The notes under the pieces: model-generated
What the model was told of the DNA's origin: nothing
What the model saw: only the letters and a program-made list of their open reading frames with translations
The model's database searches: none
Source: a virus
Length of the DNA: 64,000 bases
Direction: 5' to 3' (one strand)
IMG/VR virus record: IMGVR_UViG_3300027843_000001
Translations under genes and position numbers: made by a program
Part shown: one piece after another, positions 38,844 through 48,690 of the stretch
Layout: every line of letters begins with the position of its first letter
Position numbering within the stretch: position 1 is the stretch's first letter

Positions 38844-41141
38844 TTATCTTTGTGGTTTTTGTTCTGCTTCTTTCTCTCTCATGTAGGCTTCGTGCTCTTG
38901 GGCGCGGCCTAATTGCTCCATCTTTCCTTCTTGTTTCTTGTCTTCTATCAACAATTGCCCCTGCGTTTTTAATTGCAATTTACCGGCCTCCCCCTGCGTT
39001 TTGGCCTCCGCATTCTGCTGATTAATCTGACCCTGATATTGCATATTCTGTTGCTGCAAAGCGTCCTGTCTTGCCTGCTCTTTATTTATTGCATTTGTAA
39101 GGTACCGACGTATCTGTCTTAAATTACCACCGTTAAGCAATTTCTCTATAAGGTAGAATTTAATATCAAAACGCAATAATGGCGACCCGTTTTTACCCGG
39201 GGCTGCTGCTCTCTCAATTTCCTGCAACAACATTTGTCTATCCTGCGTAGTGGGTCGTGGTATCATCTTAATACCTATTTCCCTTGCTTCGTATTCGCTG
39301 TCAACTAAGGCTTCGATGTCATTCTTGCCTATGATACGGGCATAGGAACTGTACACTTTCTTATCGTTTCTTACGCCCAGACGAATCGCCTCGGCCAGAA
39401 ATTCCGAAGATTTTTCCTTTAAGAATAAAATATTTGCCACTATTGGCTTCAATATTTTAGAAGTGGCCTGCATAGCTATCTCATTGGAGCCTACTTGAGA
39501 CGAATTTGAGGGCTGCTGGCCTAATGCTATTGGGTTGAAACCCGTTAACATTTCCACCATGCTTATACATTGATTAAAGGATTGCATGCACTCGTTGATG
39601 GCATTTAGCGTGGTGCTTGGTATCTTTTCGATAGGCTTAACATTTCCGCCCTCATACCTTCCCCTGAACCCTAATGACCTGTAAGGGAATACCCCTGTTC
39701 GCTTCATAAGGTCTATCAATCCCAGAAAATCCATTTTTTTACCCTTTATGTCAATCTTATCTATCATTGATAAATCGACAAGGAATATTTCGTCATGCAA
39801 TTGCTGTAACCTCTTCTGAAATTTAAGCCATGTGTTTTGAAACAAGTCATATACCGGCACTAGGCGGGGCGTTAAAGCCTGCTCATTGCCCACGTATATA
39901 TGATATGGCGAGATGGGCTTTTTCGAAGATGCATTAACCGGTTGGCTTGGCGACAATTTAACATCGTAAACCATATTTGTACCTATTAGCCAATTGGCTT
40001 GGTACATTCTCTTTACTGTGGTAACAACTGTTTTATTATTGTCAGTATTTTTATTCTTAGCCCATTTATCCTGCGAGAAAATGGTGCGCTTCCCGTATCT
40101 GTCCTTGTTCTCGATATACTTTTCATTATCATTTTCAATCCAATGAAAACTTAACACCCCTACTTTGTAAAAGTCATATAGCCAATTACCGTATCGGTCT
40201 AAATTGAGGTATTTATCCCATTCGTTAAGGGGCGGGTTTCCAGTTCCGGGGTACTGACTCCAAAGTTTACCGACCTGCTGTATTTCTTCCTGCGTATAAC
40301 CAGCGGCCTCAAGGCGTTGTCTAATATCCGATATTGGTATAAACTGAATATGCCCCCAATAACAAGAGTCATTGCAATCCCTTTTGTCACTGTATTGGAC
40401 TATTAAACGGGTTACATCAACATATTCGACTTTATATTTATCTTCCGTGTGATCGAACACTTCCCTTATCGCACAAGCATTAAAATCCCGAATATCCTTT
40501 ATCAGCTTAACCCTTATATAGTCCCAATCCGATACTTCAAAAGTATGCTTATTCAACTTCTCTAACGCGGAAGCTACGGAGGACTTAAAATCGCCCATAT
40601 CCTTCATAAGTTCTAACTCATCAAGGTCGGTGGGGTATAGCGTCGGCGATTCTGCGGGTATCCCGGCATTCTGCTTGATCCGCTTTATCTGCTCGTAATG
40701 CTGACCTATTGCATAAGCTTCGCTCGCTTTTTGTTCCTGCTCATATACCGAATCCGGGTCTATAAGATCAGCTACGACCTCATAATCTATTTCGGCTAAA
40801 TTACCTAATAAGGCATCGGTTATACGCGGAGCTATTGCAGCAATATCCCAATTAATGTTCCCTTCCCCCCTGCGGTCATACTCACTTGGAGAGTTACTGT
40901 TCTTCTTACCCTTAAATATTTCCTTATATTTATTCACATCCTGCTTTCCCTCCGCATAAGCCCTTATCCGGTCAAAATCATTGACCAATGAATACGGCAC
41001 AGCGCAGCCATCACCAACGTAAGTTGACAATATCGCTTCCCCCATTTTTCGGGCGTATTTGGGAGTTAATTTATCCTTCGGGTCTATGTTTGAAGATGGA
41101 AATACGAATCTCTCAGAACTGTATCGGCTAAATGCTTCCAT
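38844..41141 (-). CDS. Portal protein (crAss-like)
   Basis: 765 aa; R.YAEGKQDVNKYK and INWDIAAIAPRI N-terminal motifs; Q-rich C-terminus. Confidence 0.85.
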   Translation of the reverse strand: MEAFSRYSSERFVFPSSNIDPKDKLTPKYARKMGEAILSTYVGDGCAVPYSLVNDFDRIRAYAEGKQDVNKYKEIFKGKKNSNSPSEYDRRGEGNINWDIAAIAPRITDALLGNLAEIDYEVVADLIDPDSVYEQEQKASEAYAIGQHYEQIKRIKQNAGIPAESPTLYPTDLDELELMKDMGDFKSSVASALEKLNKHTFEVSDWDYIRVKLIKDIRDFNACAIREVFDHTEDKYKVEYVDVTRLIVQYSDKRDCNDSCYWGHIQFIPISDIRQRLEAAGYTQEEIQQVGKLWSQYPGTGNPPLNEWDKYLNLDRYGNWLYDFYKVGVLSFHWIENDNEKYIENKDRYGKRTIFSQDKWAKNKNTDNNKTVVTTVKRMYQANWLIGTNMVYDVKLSPSQPVNASSKKPISPYHIYVGNEQALTPRLVPVYDLFQNTWLKFQKRLQQLHDEIFLVDLSMIDKIDIKGKKMDFLGLIDLMKRTGVFPYRSLGFRGRYEGGNVKPIEKIPSTTLNAINECMQSFNQCISMVEMLTGFNPIALGQQPSNSSQVGSNEIAMQATSKILKPIVANILFLKEKSSEFLAEAIRLGVRNDKKVYSSYARIIGKNDIEALVDSEYEAREIGIKMIPRPTTQDRQMLLQEIERAAAPGKNGSPLLRFDIKFYLIEKLLNGGNLRQIRRYLTNAINKEQARQDALQQQNMQYQGQINQQNAEAKTQGEAGKLQLKTQGQLLIEDKKQEGKMEQLGRAQEHEAYMREKEAEQKPQR

Positions 41142-41163
41142 AAGGAATCAATAATTTATATCG

Positions 41164-41223
41164 CAAATGTATGATTTTTAACACAAAAATATATGCTCTA
41201 CAACATATAAAATACTATTTTTG
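41164..41223. promoter_or_regulatory. Divergent promoters for portal and scaffold, with a palindromic motif between them
   Basis: TACATTTG (minus, 41164-41171), TATTTTTG (plus, 41216-41223), atatgctctacaacatat at 41191-41208. Confidence 0.6.
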
Positions 41224-41251
41224 TGCTGTAAAACACATATAACACACGGAT

Positions 41252-42460
41252 ATGAGTATAGAACAGGAAATTTACAATGCCTATAAAAACTCCGGGGGCG
41301 GAAAATCCCCCGAGGGAGCCGAAGCTTCTGCCACTTCGGATAGTCAGGCGGCACCAACTGAAACGCAGCCGGAGCAAGTAAATGCTGCTGCGGCAAATAA
41401 CGAGGCGGCTAATACCGCGCCTGAGTTTGACCTGAGCGATTTTAACTCAAAGATTGGCCAGCATTTTGGCTATGAGGCCAAGTCCGCGGACGACTTAAAA
41501 TCACTGTTCGAATTAAGAACAAAGTATTCTGACCTTGAGAATCAGTTTAAAACTGCTGCGCAAGAGAAAGAATCCATCCAAACCGAATTCAGTTCTGCGA
41601 AAGAAAAATTTGAAAGCGTAGGAAAATATGTTGACATAAAAAGTTATTTTGCTAATGAGGAGCTTTTCAAAACAAATCAAATGCTGTTGAAGTATCCGGA
41701 TAAGGACGCTTCGATAATGGCTAAGATAAGCTCCATCAATTTGGCGGAGCCAAGTACCGATGTTTCCAAGAATATGGATTTGTTGGTGCTAAAGGAACGC
41801 TTAGATAGCCCGGAAGTCTATGCCGAAATGACGGATGAGGACGTAAGGGAGATCATAGCTTCTAATATGAATATTGATCTTGACGACATGGAATCTTTGG
41901 ATAAAGTCGCCAAAGCAAAACTACTCAAGGAAGCCAAAAATGCTCGCGAGGAATTCTTGGGCTACCAGAATGTAGAATTGCCAGATAAGGTCGATATTGA
42001 TAAGTTGCGAACAGATTGGGTCGCAGCGGAAGCCACCAAATTTGAATCAGCAAAAAAAACTGCGGAAACCGTTGTATCTAAAATGGTATCCGATTTTGGT
42101 TCTAAGGAATTGTCTATAAAAGATTCTGAGGGTAAGGAGTTACTATCTTTTAAAGTAACGCCCAACGAAGATTTTAACAGACAATTAAGCATCTACGTAG
42201 AAGGGCTTGCAAGGCAAGATATAGACTTTTCGGATGAGGGAAATGTTGCTGAAATATACGAGCAAATTCACCGTATAGCTGCTGCACAGTTTCTTCCCGA
42301 AATACTGCAAGCCAATTCAAAAAGAGTAGCTACCGAATCTTATGACCATTACCATAACAAGATACACAACGATGCTCCACTATCTAGTCAACAGCAAGTA
42401 AACACCGGTTCCGCTCAAAAAACGCAAGAGTGGATGACTAAAATTAACAAATACATTTAA
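41252..42460 (+). CDS. Putative scaffolding / head assembly protein
   Basis: Acidic helical 402 aa protein directly upstream of the capsid gene. Confidence 0.65.
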   Translation: MSIEQEIYNAYKNSGGGKSPEGAEASATSDSQAAPTETQPEQVNAAAANNEAANTAPEFDLSDFNSKIGQHFGYEAKSADDLKSLFELRTKYSDLENQFKTAAQEKESIQTEFSSAKEKFESVGKYVDIKSYFANEELFKTNQMLLKYPDKDASIMAKISSINLAEPSTDVSKNMDLLVLKERLDSPEVYAEMTDEDVREIIASNMNIDLDDMESLDKVAKAKLLKEAKNAREEFLGYQNVELPDKVDIDKLRTDWVAAEATKFESAKKTAETVVSKMVSDFGSKELSIKDSEGKELLSFKVTPNEDFNRQLSIYVEGLARQDIDFSDEGNVAEIYEQIHRIAAAQFLPEILQANSKRVATESYDHYHNKIHNDAPLSSQQQVNTGSAQKTQEWMTKINKYI

Positions 42461-42472
42461 AAATAGATAGCT

Positions 42473-43957
42473 ATGGCTTATACTCCTTACACTTCGAACT
42501 CTAGTTCGAATGCTCTTACCGAAAAAGAGCTGAGTTTATATTCCTATGAACTCCCCCCACAAGTCCTACAGGGTATTGTAAAAGGCTGGGGCGCAGGCTT
42601 TGACCTGTATGATTTCCTCAATATCGCCGGTTCCCGATTCGGACTTAAAGGCCGAAGCTTAAGAACTTTCGAAATTTACCCTTTCGAAAAACTTATCACA
42701 CTGGCCGATGTAGGGTCAGGGGTTGGTATTGCTACCAACAGTTCTGGTGCTGACATCACTTTCAAATTGGACTCCGGGGATTACGATTCCAACGGTAATG
42801 CCGTTCTTCGTGTATCAGACCATATCTTAGTACCATCGGCCTACATTTCCGGTAGCGTAAATGGTATGGACTACGAATACCGCATCAACTCTATCACTGG
42901 CTCAGGGGCAGCAAAAGTATATACCGCCAGTCCTCTTCTTGCTAATAGCTCGACTACCGGGTTTACCGCAGCTCAGATTACTGTTGCTGTTCCTATCGGA
43001 ACAAAATTGGCAATCACCACGGATTCGCATGGTCTCGGAACTGACGTTCCGAAAGGGCTTACTTCGCACTCCCTGTATTACGACTTTCTTACGGGTACTC
43101 ACAAATCTACTTTCCAGATTTCTGGCGGTATGCAATCGCAGGAAAGCTATCTGGAAAATGTACCTCTCCGGGGAGGCAAGGGAACAGGACGTGTCAACCT
43201 TTTAGCTATCCAACATCAATTTGACCACAACCGTAAGATCAATTACTCGATGTGGACTGGTCAAGAAAACGACAACAGCGCACTTACTGTTACCAATTTC
43301 AACGGTGAAACTGTAAAAGCCAATGCTACCCGTGGGTTATTGCCATGGCTGTATAAACGTGCCGGACAATACCAGTATCAGGATAAATTTGAGATTTTTG
43401 ATTTGGACGAAATCGCTCAGTATCATTTATCTCAAGGTGTACTTGCTCAGGAAGTAATGATCGGATGCGGCGACTTGGCTTATACCTCCATTGAGAATAG
43501 CAACTACTCTTTCATCAAAGAGTATGGCCATGACAATGTAATGACCAAAATGGATGAAATCGGTCTTAACTTCCGGGTTATTAAAAAGAACAACTTCAAC
43601 TATGTGATGAAGCAGTTCTGGACTCTCTCCAATCCTAACGGACTTGGTTCTGCCGCTTATGCTAACAAATACCGTAATATGATGTTTACCATCCCAATGG
43701 GTGAAAACAAAGTGACCATTGCCAATGGCCCTCTCATGGATGGTGAAGTTAAGCTCGGAAACCTCATGTTAGGGTATCCGGATCACGGTGGTGAAAATCG
43801 CGAATACCAAATTGAGTACTTCAACGGTATGACCGGTCTCGACGGTTTCGGAAAACCAGTTTGGACAGCAGACTGGGCAGAAGGTGTTATCCAATCGGAA
43901 CACATGCTCATCGCTACCAAGGTAAATCAAATGATGCTTATTCAGCAAGCACAATAA
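42473..43957 (+). CDS. Major capsid protein (crAss-like)
   Basis: 494 aa; strongly C/T-ending codon bias suggesting high expression; strong terminator downstream; position after the scaffold gene. Confidence 0.8.
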   Translation: MAYTPYTSNSSSNALTEKELSLYSYELPPQVLQGIVKGWGAGFDLYDFLNIAGSRFGLKGRSLRTFEIYPFEKLITLADVGSGVGIATNSSGADITFKLDSGDYDSNGNAVLRVSDHILVPSAYISGSVNGMDYEYRINSITGSGAAKVYTASPLLANSSTTGFTAAQITVAVPIGTKLAITTDSHGLGTDVPKGLTSHSLYYDFLTGTHKSTFQISGGMQSQESYLENVPLRGGKGTGRVNLLAIQHQFDHNRKINYSMWTGQENDNSALTVTNFNGETVKANATRGLLPWLYKRAGQYQYQDKFEIFDLDEIAQYHLSQGVLAQEVMIGCGDLAYTSIENSNYSFIKEYGHDNVMTKMDEIGLNFRVIKKNNFNYVMKQFWTLSNPNGLGSAAYANKYRNMMFTIPMGENKVTIANGPLMDGEVKLGNLMLGYPDHGGENREYQIEYFNGMTGLDGFGKPVWTADWAEGVIQSEHMLIATKVNQMMLIQQAQ

Positions 43958-43963
43958 TCAATT

Positions 43964-43996
43964 AGTAGGGTAGATTCCTTTCTACCCTACTTTTTT
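43964..43996 (+). terminator. Intrinsic terminator after the capsid gene
   Basis: agtagggtaga ... tctaccctact followed by a T run. Confidence 0.85.
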
Positions 43997-44026
43997 ATTC
44001 ACACACACGAACCAAAAAAATTATTT

Positions 44027-45046
44027 ATGCTGTACAAAAACGACGAGCGCGTCAACGTAAAGGAAGAATGCCCGGACGAATTTAAGGCCATACAAGGTCT
44101 TCCTTCCATAATCCGGATTATTTCAAAATCAAGAAAGGAAATGAACCCATCTGGTATGCCAGAACCCTATCCGCCATCTCGGTGGCCTTTTATCGCTACC
44201 GTTGAGGATGAAGACGGAATCCTTAATACATGGTCATATTCAAAAGCGGCCGTTAAAATGGTTGATGGCTTACCTGAGCTGTCCACAAAAGGTATTTGGG
44301 TGTATGATGGCCGCATTATCGTAGAACCCAAGAAGGACGTGGAATTAGCTTACTTCCTTTTATACCTTAGTCCTATTTGCCGGAGCGGTTTATTCGAACT
44401 TGAGGACTTAACCAAAGAGGCCAAAGCCAAAGTAGAAGAACTCTCGATAGAAGCCGAACTTCAATTCCTGCTTTTTGGAAAAAATTCGCCGCTTAACAAA
44501 TCGGAATCTAAGCTTAGACTTCTTGCAGGAGCTTGGGGCGTACCGAATGCTGACTCCCTTGATACAAACATGGTCAAGATAAAATTAAGGGACAGCGTAT
44601 TGCTGTCAGAAAAGAATTACAAAGTAACTGGCCGGGGCATCGCAGACTTCGTTAATGAAGCCAATCAAGATGATCCTATGAACGTTTTCCGTTCTACCGT
44701 CCAGTTTGCTATTGACAATAAGGTCATAACCTTTAACGAAAAGGAAGGAGGCTGGTTCTTTATTGATTCTAAAACTGGGGAACAAACGGGCTATATCTGC
44801 CCTGTTCTGATAACGCAGGTATCGCAGAAACGTGATATTCTTATTAGTTTCCTTAAGTATAAGCCAGAGGCTTTTGAAACGATGAAGCAGGCTATCCAGT
44901 TGTTTAAAAACTCGGAATCCTATAGGGACTTATCATGGCCTGAACTTAGAAAATTAGCAGTGGAAAAGGGATTGACTGTTCAGCCCAGTGAAAAAAGAGC
45001 TGACGTAGAGCGGAGACTACACGAGCTGGAAAATACATCCTTGTAG
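44027..45046 (+). CDS. Conserved post-capsid protein (crAss-like), C-terminal HeH/SAP-like motif
   Basis: 339 aa following MCP; ends LSWPELRKLAVEKGL. Confidence 0.6.
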   Translation: MLYKNDERVNVKEECPDEFKAIQGLPSIIRIISKSRKEMNPSGMPEPYPPSRWPFIATVEDEDGILNTWSYSKAAVKMVDGLPELSTKGIWVYDGRIIVEPKKDVELAYFLLYLSPICRSGLFELEDLTKEAKAKVEELSIEAELQFLLFGKNSPLNKSESKLRLLAGAWGVPNADSLDTNMVKIKLRDSVLLSEKNYKVTGRGIADFVNEANQDDPMNVFRSTVQFAIDNKVITFNEKEGGWFFIDSKTGEQTGYICPVLITQVSQKRDILISFLKYKPEAFETMKQAIQLFKNSESYRDLSWPELRKLAVEKGLTVQPSEKRADVERRLHELENTSL

Positions 45047-45072
45047 GTTTGTAGCTCGTGTGTTTTACTCTT

Positions 45073-45105
45073 GAACCCTGGGTCTGGCAACCCGGGGTTC
45101 TTTAT
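45073..45105. terminator. Terminator hairpin
   Basis: gaaccctggg ... cccggggttc followed by a T-rich tail. Confidence 0.7.
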
Positions 45106-45285
45106 TTTATGACAGATAGCAAAGTCCTGTCAGATAACTTCGCATGCTTACTGCAAACATTTATGATGTAGCTACAGTGCCTATCCGATACGGTCTTAGT
45201 TATAAGATTGGTGGCAGATAAACAATATAAGCAAGCGCCAGTGTCTAGTCTTTCTACTTTCAAAATAATATTTTTATGAGTGACG

Positions 45286-46086
45286 TCATAAAGGTAAAGC
45301 AATTTTTTGAAGCAACGCCGTTGATACATGCGTGTAAATCTCCGTTGTTTTACCGCTAGAATGCCCAGCCATTTTTTGAATAATCCGCAAATCCGTTCCG
45401 CTCTCTAAAAGGCTAGTAAAGCATGAATGCCTAAGTATATGGAAATGACTGTGACTATCAATATACTTTTTAAAAATTTTCTGACAACTACCTACAGAAT
45501 ATTTTGGTTCAAACTGGCCATTAAAAAGATATTCCTTAGGCTTAAACTGCCGATAATATTCACGGAGCAATAGCAGAATGTTTTCCGATAATGGCACGAT
45601 CCTATCTTTGCGGCCTTTACCATTCTTAATAGTTATCAGCATACGTTTGCTGTCAATATCTGTGAGTTTAAGATTAACCACTTCACTTACACGCAGTCCG
45701 ACCGAAAACGCAAGCGACAGAATTGCCCTATGCTTTATGTTTTCAATTTTGTTTATCTGGTTTATAATAAAGTTTTTATCAATAACTTGCGGAAGATGCC
45801 GCTCACTACGCGGACGCTCAAACGAAACCTTATCATACTTCTTATCCAGTACCTTTTCATAAAGGAACTTGATGGCATTAATGACTTGGTTTTGTTGCGA
45901 AATGGACGTGAACTTGAAAGCATCCAAATAAGTTTGAAAGTCCGCAGCAACAATATGCTGCGGGTATTTATCCACCTTTTCGAGAAATTTAATAATATAG
46001 TGCGAGTACATGTCTCGCGTCCTCGGCGAGTAGTTTAAGTATTTAAACTTTTGTTCGCAAATCCTTAAAATTTCGTGGTGTTTCAT
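45286..46086 (-). CDS. Tyrosine recombinase, integron-integrase-like
   Basis: Catalytic R (GLRVSE), K (GKGRKDR), HxxR (HILRHS), H (AGHSS) and Y (IYTHV); N-terminal SAM-like domain (NYSPRT...YSHYI, QNQVINAIKFLYE). Confidence 0.95.
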   Translation of the reverse strand: MKHHEILRICEQKFKYLNYSPRTRDMYSHYIIKFLEKVDKYPQHIVAADFQTYLDAFKFTSISQQNQVINAIKFLYEKVLDKKYDKVSFERPRSERHLPQVIDKNFIINQINKIENIKHRAILSLAFSVGLRVSEVVNLKLTDIDSKRMLITIKNGKGRKDRIVPLSENILLLLREYYRQFKPKEYLFNGQFEPKYSVGSCQKIFKKYIDSHSHFHILRHSCFTSLLESGTDLRIIQKMAGHSSGKTTEIYTHVSTALLQKIALPL

Positions 46087-46122
46087 GTTGATAATCAGAT
46101 GGGTTCAGATATATAATAGTTA
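46042..46122 (+). mobile_element. Platform B: attI-like site overlapping the integrase 5' end
   Basis: ...cagatatataataGTTAGCAAC; the first cassette junction is 33 nt from the integrase ATG. Confidence 0.85.
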
Positions 46123-46410
46123 GCAACAATTGTCTAAGACGGTTTTCCAGTCGATAGATTTTCCGCAATATGGGCAGAAATTAAATCTATGAATGTATCC
46201 CTTTCTACCATCGACAATTTGTTTTGCTGTTAATGGCTCGCCTTTTAATAATCCATATTTTTTTAGCTCTGGCTGCAATTTTACAACATCTTCAACCTGT
46301 CTTTTTATGTCGGAAAGTTTTATATCTTCTCCGCTCAAAAATCCGATGAAACAATCACAACTGTTGCTAACACTATGTATAAGCGATTTGAGTTTTACTG
46401 CGCTTGTCAT
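46120..46410 (-). CDS. Cassette B1 gene, small protein with CPYCG zinc-finger-like motif
   Basis: ATG lies inside the attC B1 loop; the TAA is the complement of the junction TTA. Confidence 0.65.
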   Translation of the reverse strand: MTSAVKLKSLIHSVSNSCDCFIGFLSGEDIKLSDIKRQVEDVVKLQPELKKYGLLKGEPLTAKQIVDGRKGYIHRFNFCPYCGKSIDWKTVLDNCC

Positions 46411-46492
46411 ATCCTGTGATTTTTATAAAATTATTACTGTGATATAGTTTGCGGCTTCTAATCCCAAACCGCTCATACATTTTTCGTTAGCC
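46365..46492 (+). mobile_element. attC-like site B1 (128 bp)
   Basis: TGCTAAC-ACTAT-GTATAAGCGATTTG ... CAAACCGCTCATAC-ATTTTTC-GTTAGCC. Confidence 0.85.
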
Positions 46493-46497
46493 ACAAT

Positions 46498-47121
46498 TTA
46501 GTCAATACCCAAAAAGAAGGCTCCGAGTTCACCCGAAGATATCTCTTCCTCTTTTTTAGGTTCTGATTGATTTTCTTGTGGTTGTTTAGGTTCTTCCTTT
46601 GGTGTGTTTTGAATAGCTTCAAATAGTTTCTTCATTTCACCAAGGCACATTGTAAAACCTTTTTTGTAATACCTAAACGCACGGCTCATTGAGCTTGCAG
46701 GATAAGTAATTTTATTTATCATTAATTGCCTTTTTGCAAGGTCAATAAACGTGGTTTCTCCGAGGTATATTTTTTCATGGTCAACAGCAAACATTGAAAC
46801 AGTAAAATCAAACGCCTCAATCGTTGTTTGCGGGTCTGCAAAAAACTTCTTTACAAGGTCGTAAGTACATTCTTTATATTTCATCTTGCAGCCGTTATTG
46901 CTTTCCCATTTTATTTCGCAGTCTTTTGCTTTAAAATATGTACGTGCCTTTTCGTACTCTATTTCATTTGGGAAAAACATATCGTAATCAGTTTTTACAG
47001 GCACACCCATAAAGTAATCACGTAAAGCACCGCCAGCAAGCCAACATTTTATATCAGCTTCTTTCATTTCGTTTAAAATAATCTTGCCATATCTTTGAAC
47101 GGCATTTTCAAATTGAATCAT
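46498..47121 (-). CDS. Cassette B2 gene: nucleotidyltransferase (CCA-adding / poly(A) polymerase head-like)
   Basis: LAGGALRD...DYDMFF and FDFTVSMFA motifs; probable start MIQFEN. Confidence 0.75.
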   Translation of the reverse strand: MIQFENAVQRYGKIILNEMKEADIKCWLAGGALRDYFMGVPVKTDYDMFFPNEIEYEKARTYFKAKDCEIKWESNNGCKMKYKECTYDLVKKFFADPQTTIEAFDFTVSMFAVDHEKIYLGETTFIDLAKRQLMINKITYPASSMSRAFRYYKKGFTMCLGEMKKLFEAIQNTPKEEPKQPQENQSEPKKEEEISSGELGAFFLGID

Positions 47122-47157
47122 ATCGTTTGTTATTAATAGTTTAAAAATAAAAACTGT

Positions 47158-47289
47158 GGCTAACACGGGCTCATACGCAACTGGGGTTTAAGTAGTTACG
47201 TCAAATGTACATCTTTTTTTTTACTTTGGTGTATGTTGAAAATTTAGTAGCTCCGATTCCCCAGCTGCGCATAGCCCCATCCGTTAGTG
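47158..47289 (+). mobile_element. attC-like site B2 (132 bp)
   Basis: GGCTAAC-ACGGG-CTCATACGCAACTGGGG ... CCCCAGCTGCGCATAG-CCCCATCC-GTTAGTG; unpaired C in the left arm. Confidence 0.88.
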
Positions 47290-47338
47290 GCAAGCGGAAG
47301 AACTGCTCCGATTGAACGTCCGTGCATTGGTAATTAAG

Positions 47339-47665
47339 TTACTTGTTTAAAACATTTGAAAGGAATCCGTGAAGAATTGGGTCGTTGTCAAATATTTCCA
47401 AGTCTTTGCCCGTAAACGAACTTCTTATTGTTGCTTCAATCGCAATCTTATTGTCATTATCAGCATTATTCCATTCATGGTGGTATTTAGCTAATTGCTG
47501 GCGTTTACCATCGTAGTAGCTTTGTGTTTGCTCAAATACCTCACGCCTTGCGTTTTCTTTACGTACACCCCAAAAGCGTGTACCAAATATTTCAAACTCG
47601 TTAGCTGCAAAAATCAAAGCAAATAAGCCAATAATTGAAGCAATTGTTATTAGTGCTATTTTCAC
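47339..47665 (-). CDS. Cassette B3 gene 2, membrane-anchored hypothetical
   Basis: N-terminal TM helix; 108 aa. Confidence 0.7.
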   Translation of the reverse strand: MKIALITIASIIGLFALIFAANEFEIFGTRFWGVRKENARREVFEQTQSYYDGKRQQLAKYHHEWNNADNDNKIAIEATIRSSFTGKDLEIFDNDPILHGFLSNVLNK

Positions 47666-47667
47666 GG

Positions 47668-48180
47668 CTATTGTAATTTAAAAGGTGAAACCAATACTTT
47701 AGGCTCAATATATACGGGTCTGGGCTGGTTATCATTTGGGTCAATCATCATTAACCAAGTTCCCTCAGCACTCGAAGGCATAAACAACCCGTTTGGGTCT
47801 GCTTGCGGCCTAACTGCACATCCTCGTTCTGAAATGCCAGGAGTTTCTAAAGTCATTGGGTTTGTGTATTGGGTTGCATAAGGTATACCATATCCGATAC
47901 ATTTACCTAAAAATACGGGCTCTCCAGTCATTTCAGGTACTATGTAAGCATAACAAATTAAGTTTTCTTGGTCACGTAGTTCTAAAATCATTTTCATAAG
48001 CTTGCGTTCCTGAAAGTTCTTAATTGCTGGCATTCCTACCTGTGCATTAGCCTCTTTCATTAAAACTTCTTGTTTTGCGGCTAATACATCATTAGTTGTT
48101 GGTTGTTGGTCACAACTCGAATTACTCATAAGTAGCATCATTATAGCTACTAAACTAAAAATTGAAATAGCTTTTTTCAT
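47668..48180 (-). CDS. Cassette B3 gene 1, lipoprotein-like hypothetical
   Basis: Signal peptide ending NSSC; CIGYGIPYATQYTNP and QADPNGLF motifs. Confidence 0.75.
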   Translation of the reverse strand: MKKAISIFSLVAIMMLLMSNSSCDQQPTTNDVLAAKQEVLMKEANAQVGMPAIKNFQERKLMKMILELRDQENLICYAYIVPEMTGEPVFLGKCIGYGIPYATQYTNPMTLETPGISERGCAVRPQADPNGLFMPSSAEGTWLMMIDPNDNQPRPVYIEPKVLVSPFKLQ

Positions 48181-48233
48181 TTTGTTTGTTTTAAATTATT
48201 AATATATAGTAAATTATAAATAAAATGCACTGG

Positions 48234-48324
48234 TACTAACACCGTATATAAAACATAGCCAGATAGTTTACTGCTTAATTGCAAGGCTTGTGCATGGCTA
48301 CGTTTCATATAAGAACCGTTGTGC
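48234..48324 (+). mobile_element. attC-like site B3 (91 bp)
   Basis: TACTAAC-ACCGT-ATATAAAACATAGCC ... GGCTACGTTTCATAT-AAGAACC-GTTGTGC. Confidence 0.85.
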
Positions 48325-48328
48325 GCAA

Positions 48329-48541
48329 TTAACCCAACTCCCAATATTCGATAGCTCTTTCTTTTCCTGTTGTATTCAAAAATTCAGTTTCTCCAAAATG
48401 AGAAATAACTTCTTCGATAGAGAAATGCTCGAGAATTTCCGATATACTTGCGCTATCAGCTTCTATTCTTACTTCACTTTTTCCATTTGGCTCAATTGTA
48501 CAATTTGAAGCTGAAAAACTTAAATCTACTTCTTCATTCAT
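48329..48541 (-). CDS. Cassette B4 gene, acidic hypothetical
   Basis: 70 aa; cassette ends GTTGTGCG / CGCACAAC are complementary. Confidence 0.7.
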   Translation of the reverse strand: MNEEVDLSFSASNCTIEPNGKSEVRIEADSASISEILEHFSIEEVISHFGETEFLNTTGKERAIEYWELG

Positions 48542-48587
48542 AATATTATATTTAATTTATTAACAATGATTTACAAACAATAACTAC

Positions 48588-48690
48588 GCACAACAAGCGG
48601 TCATAAAACAAAGCGGGTTAAGTGCAATTTACAAGTTCATTAACTCGCTCGTAGTTCGGTATCGGCGGATAGTTTCACAGCCCGTTCACC
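48588..48690 (+). mobile_element. Truncated attC-like site B4 (left arm only)
   Basis: GCACAAC-AAGCG-GTCATAAAACAAAGCGGG; complementarity stops after CCCG at about 48684. Confidence 0.65.

Noticed and set aside
45102-45329. 75-aa ORF downstream of the integrase
   Set aside because: It overlaps the integrase 3' end, lacks a good leader and has no recognisable features.
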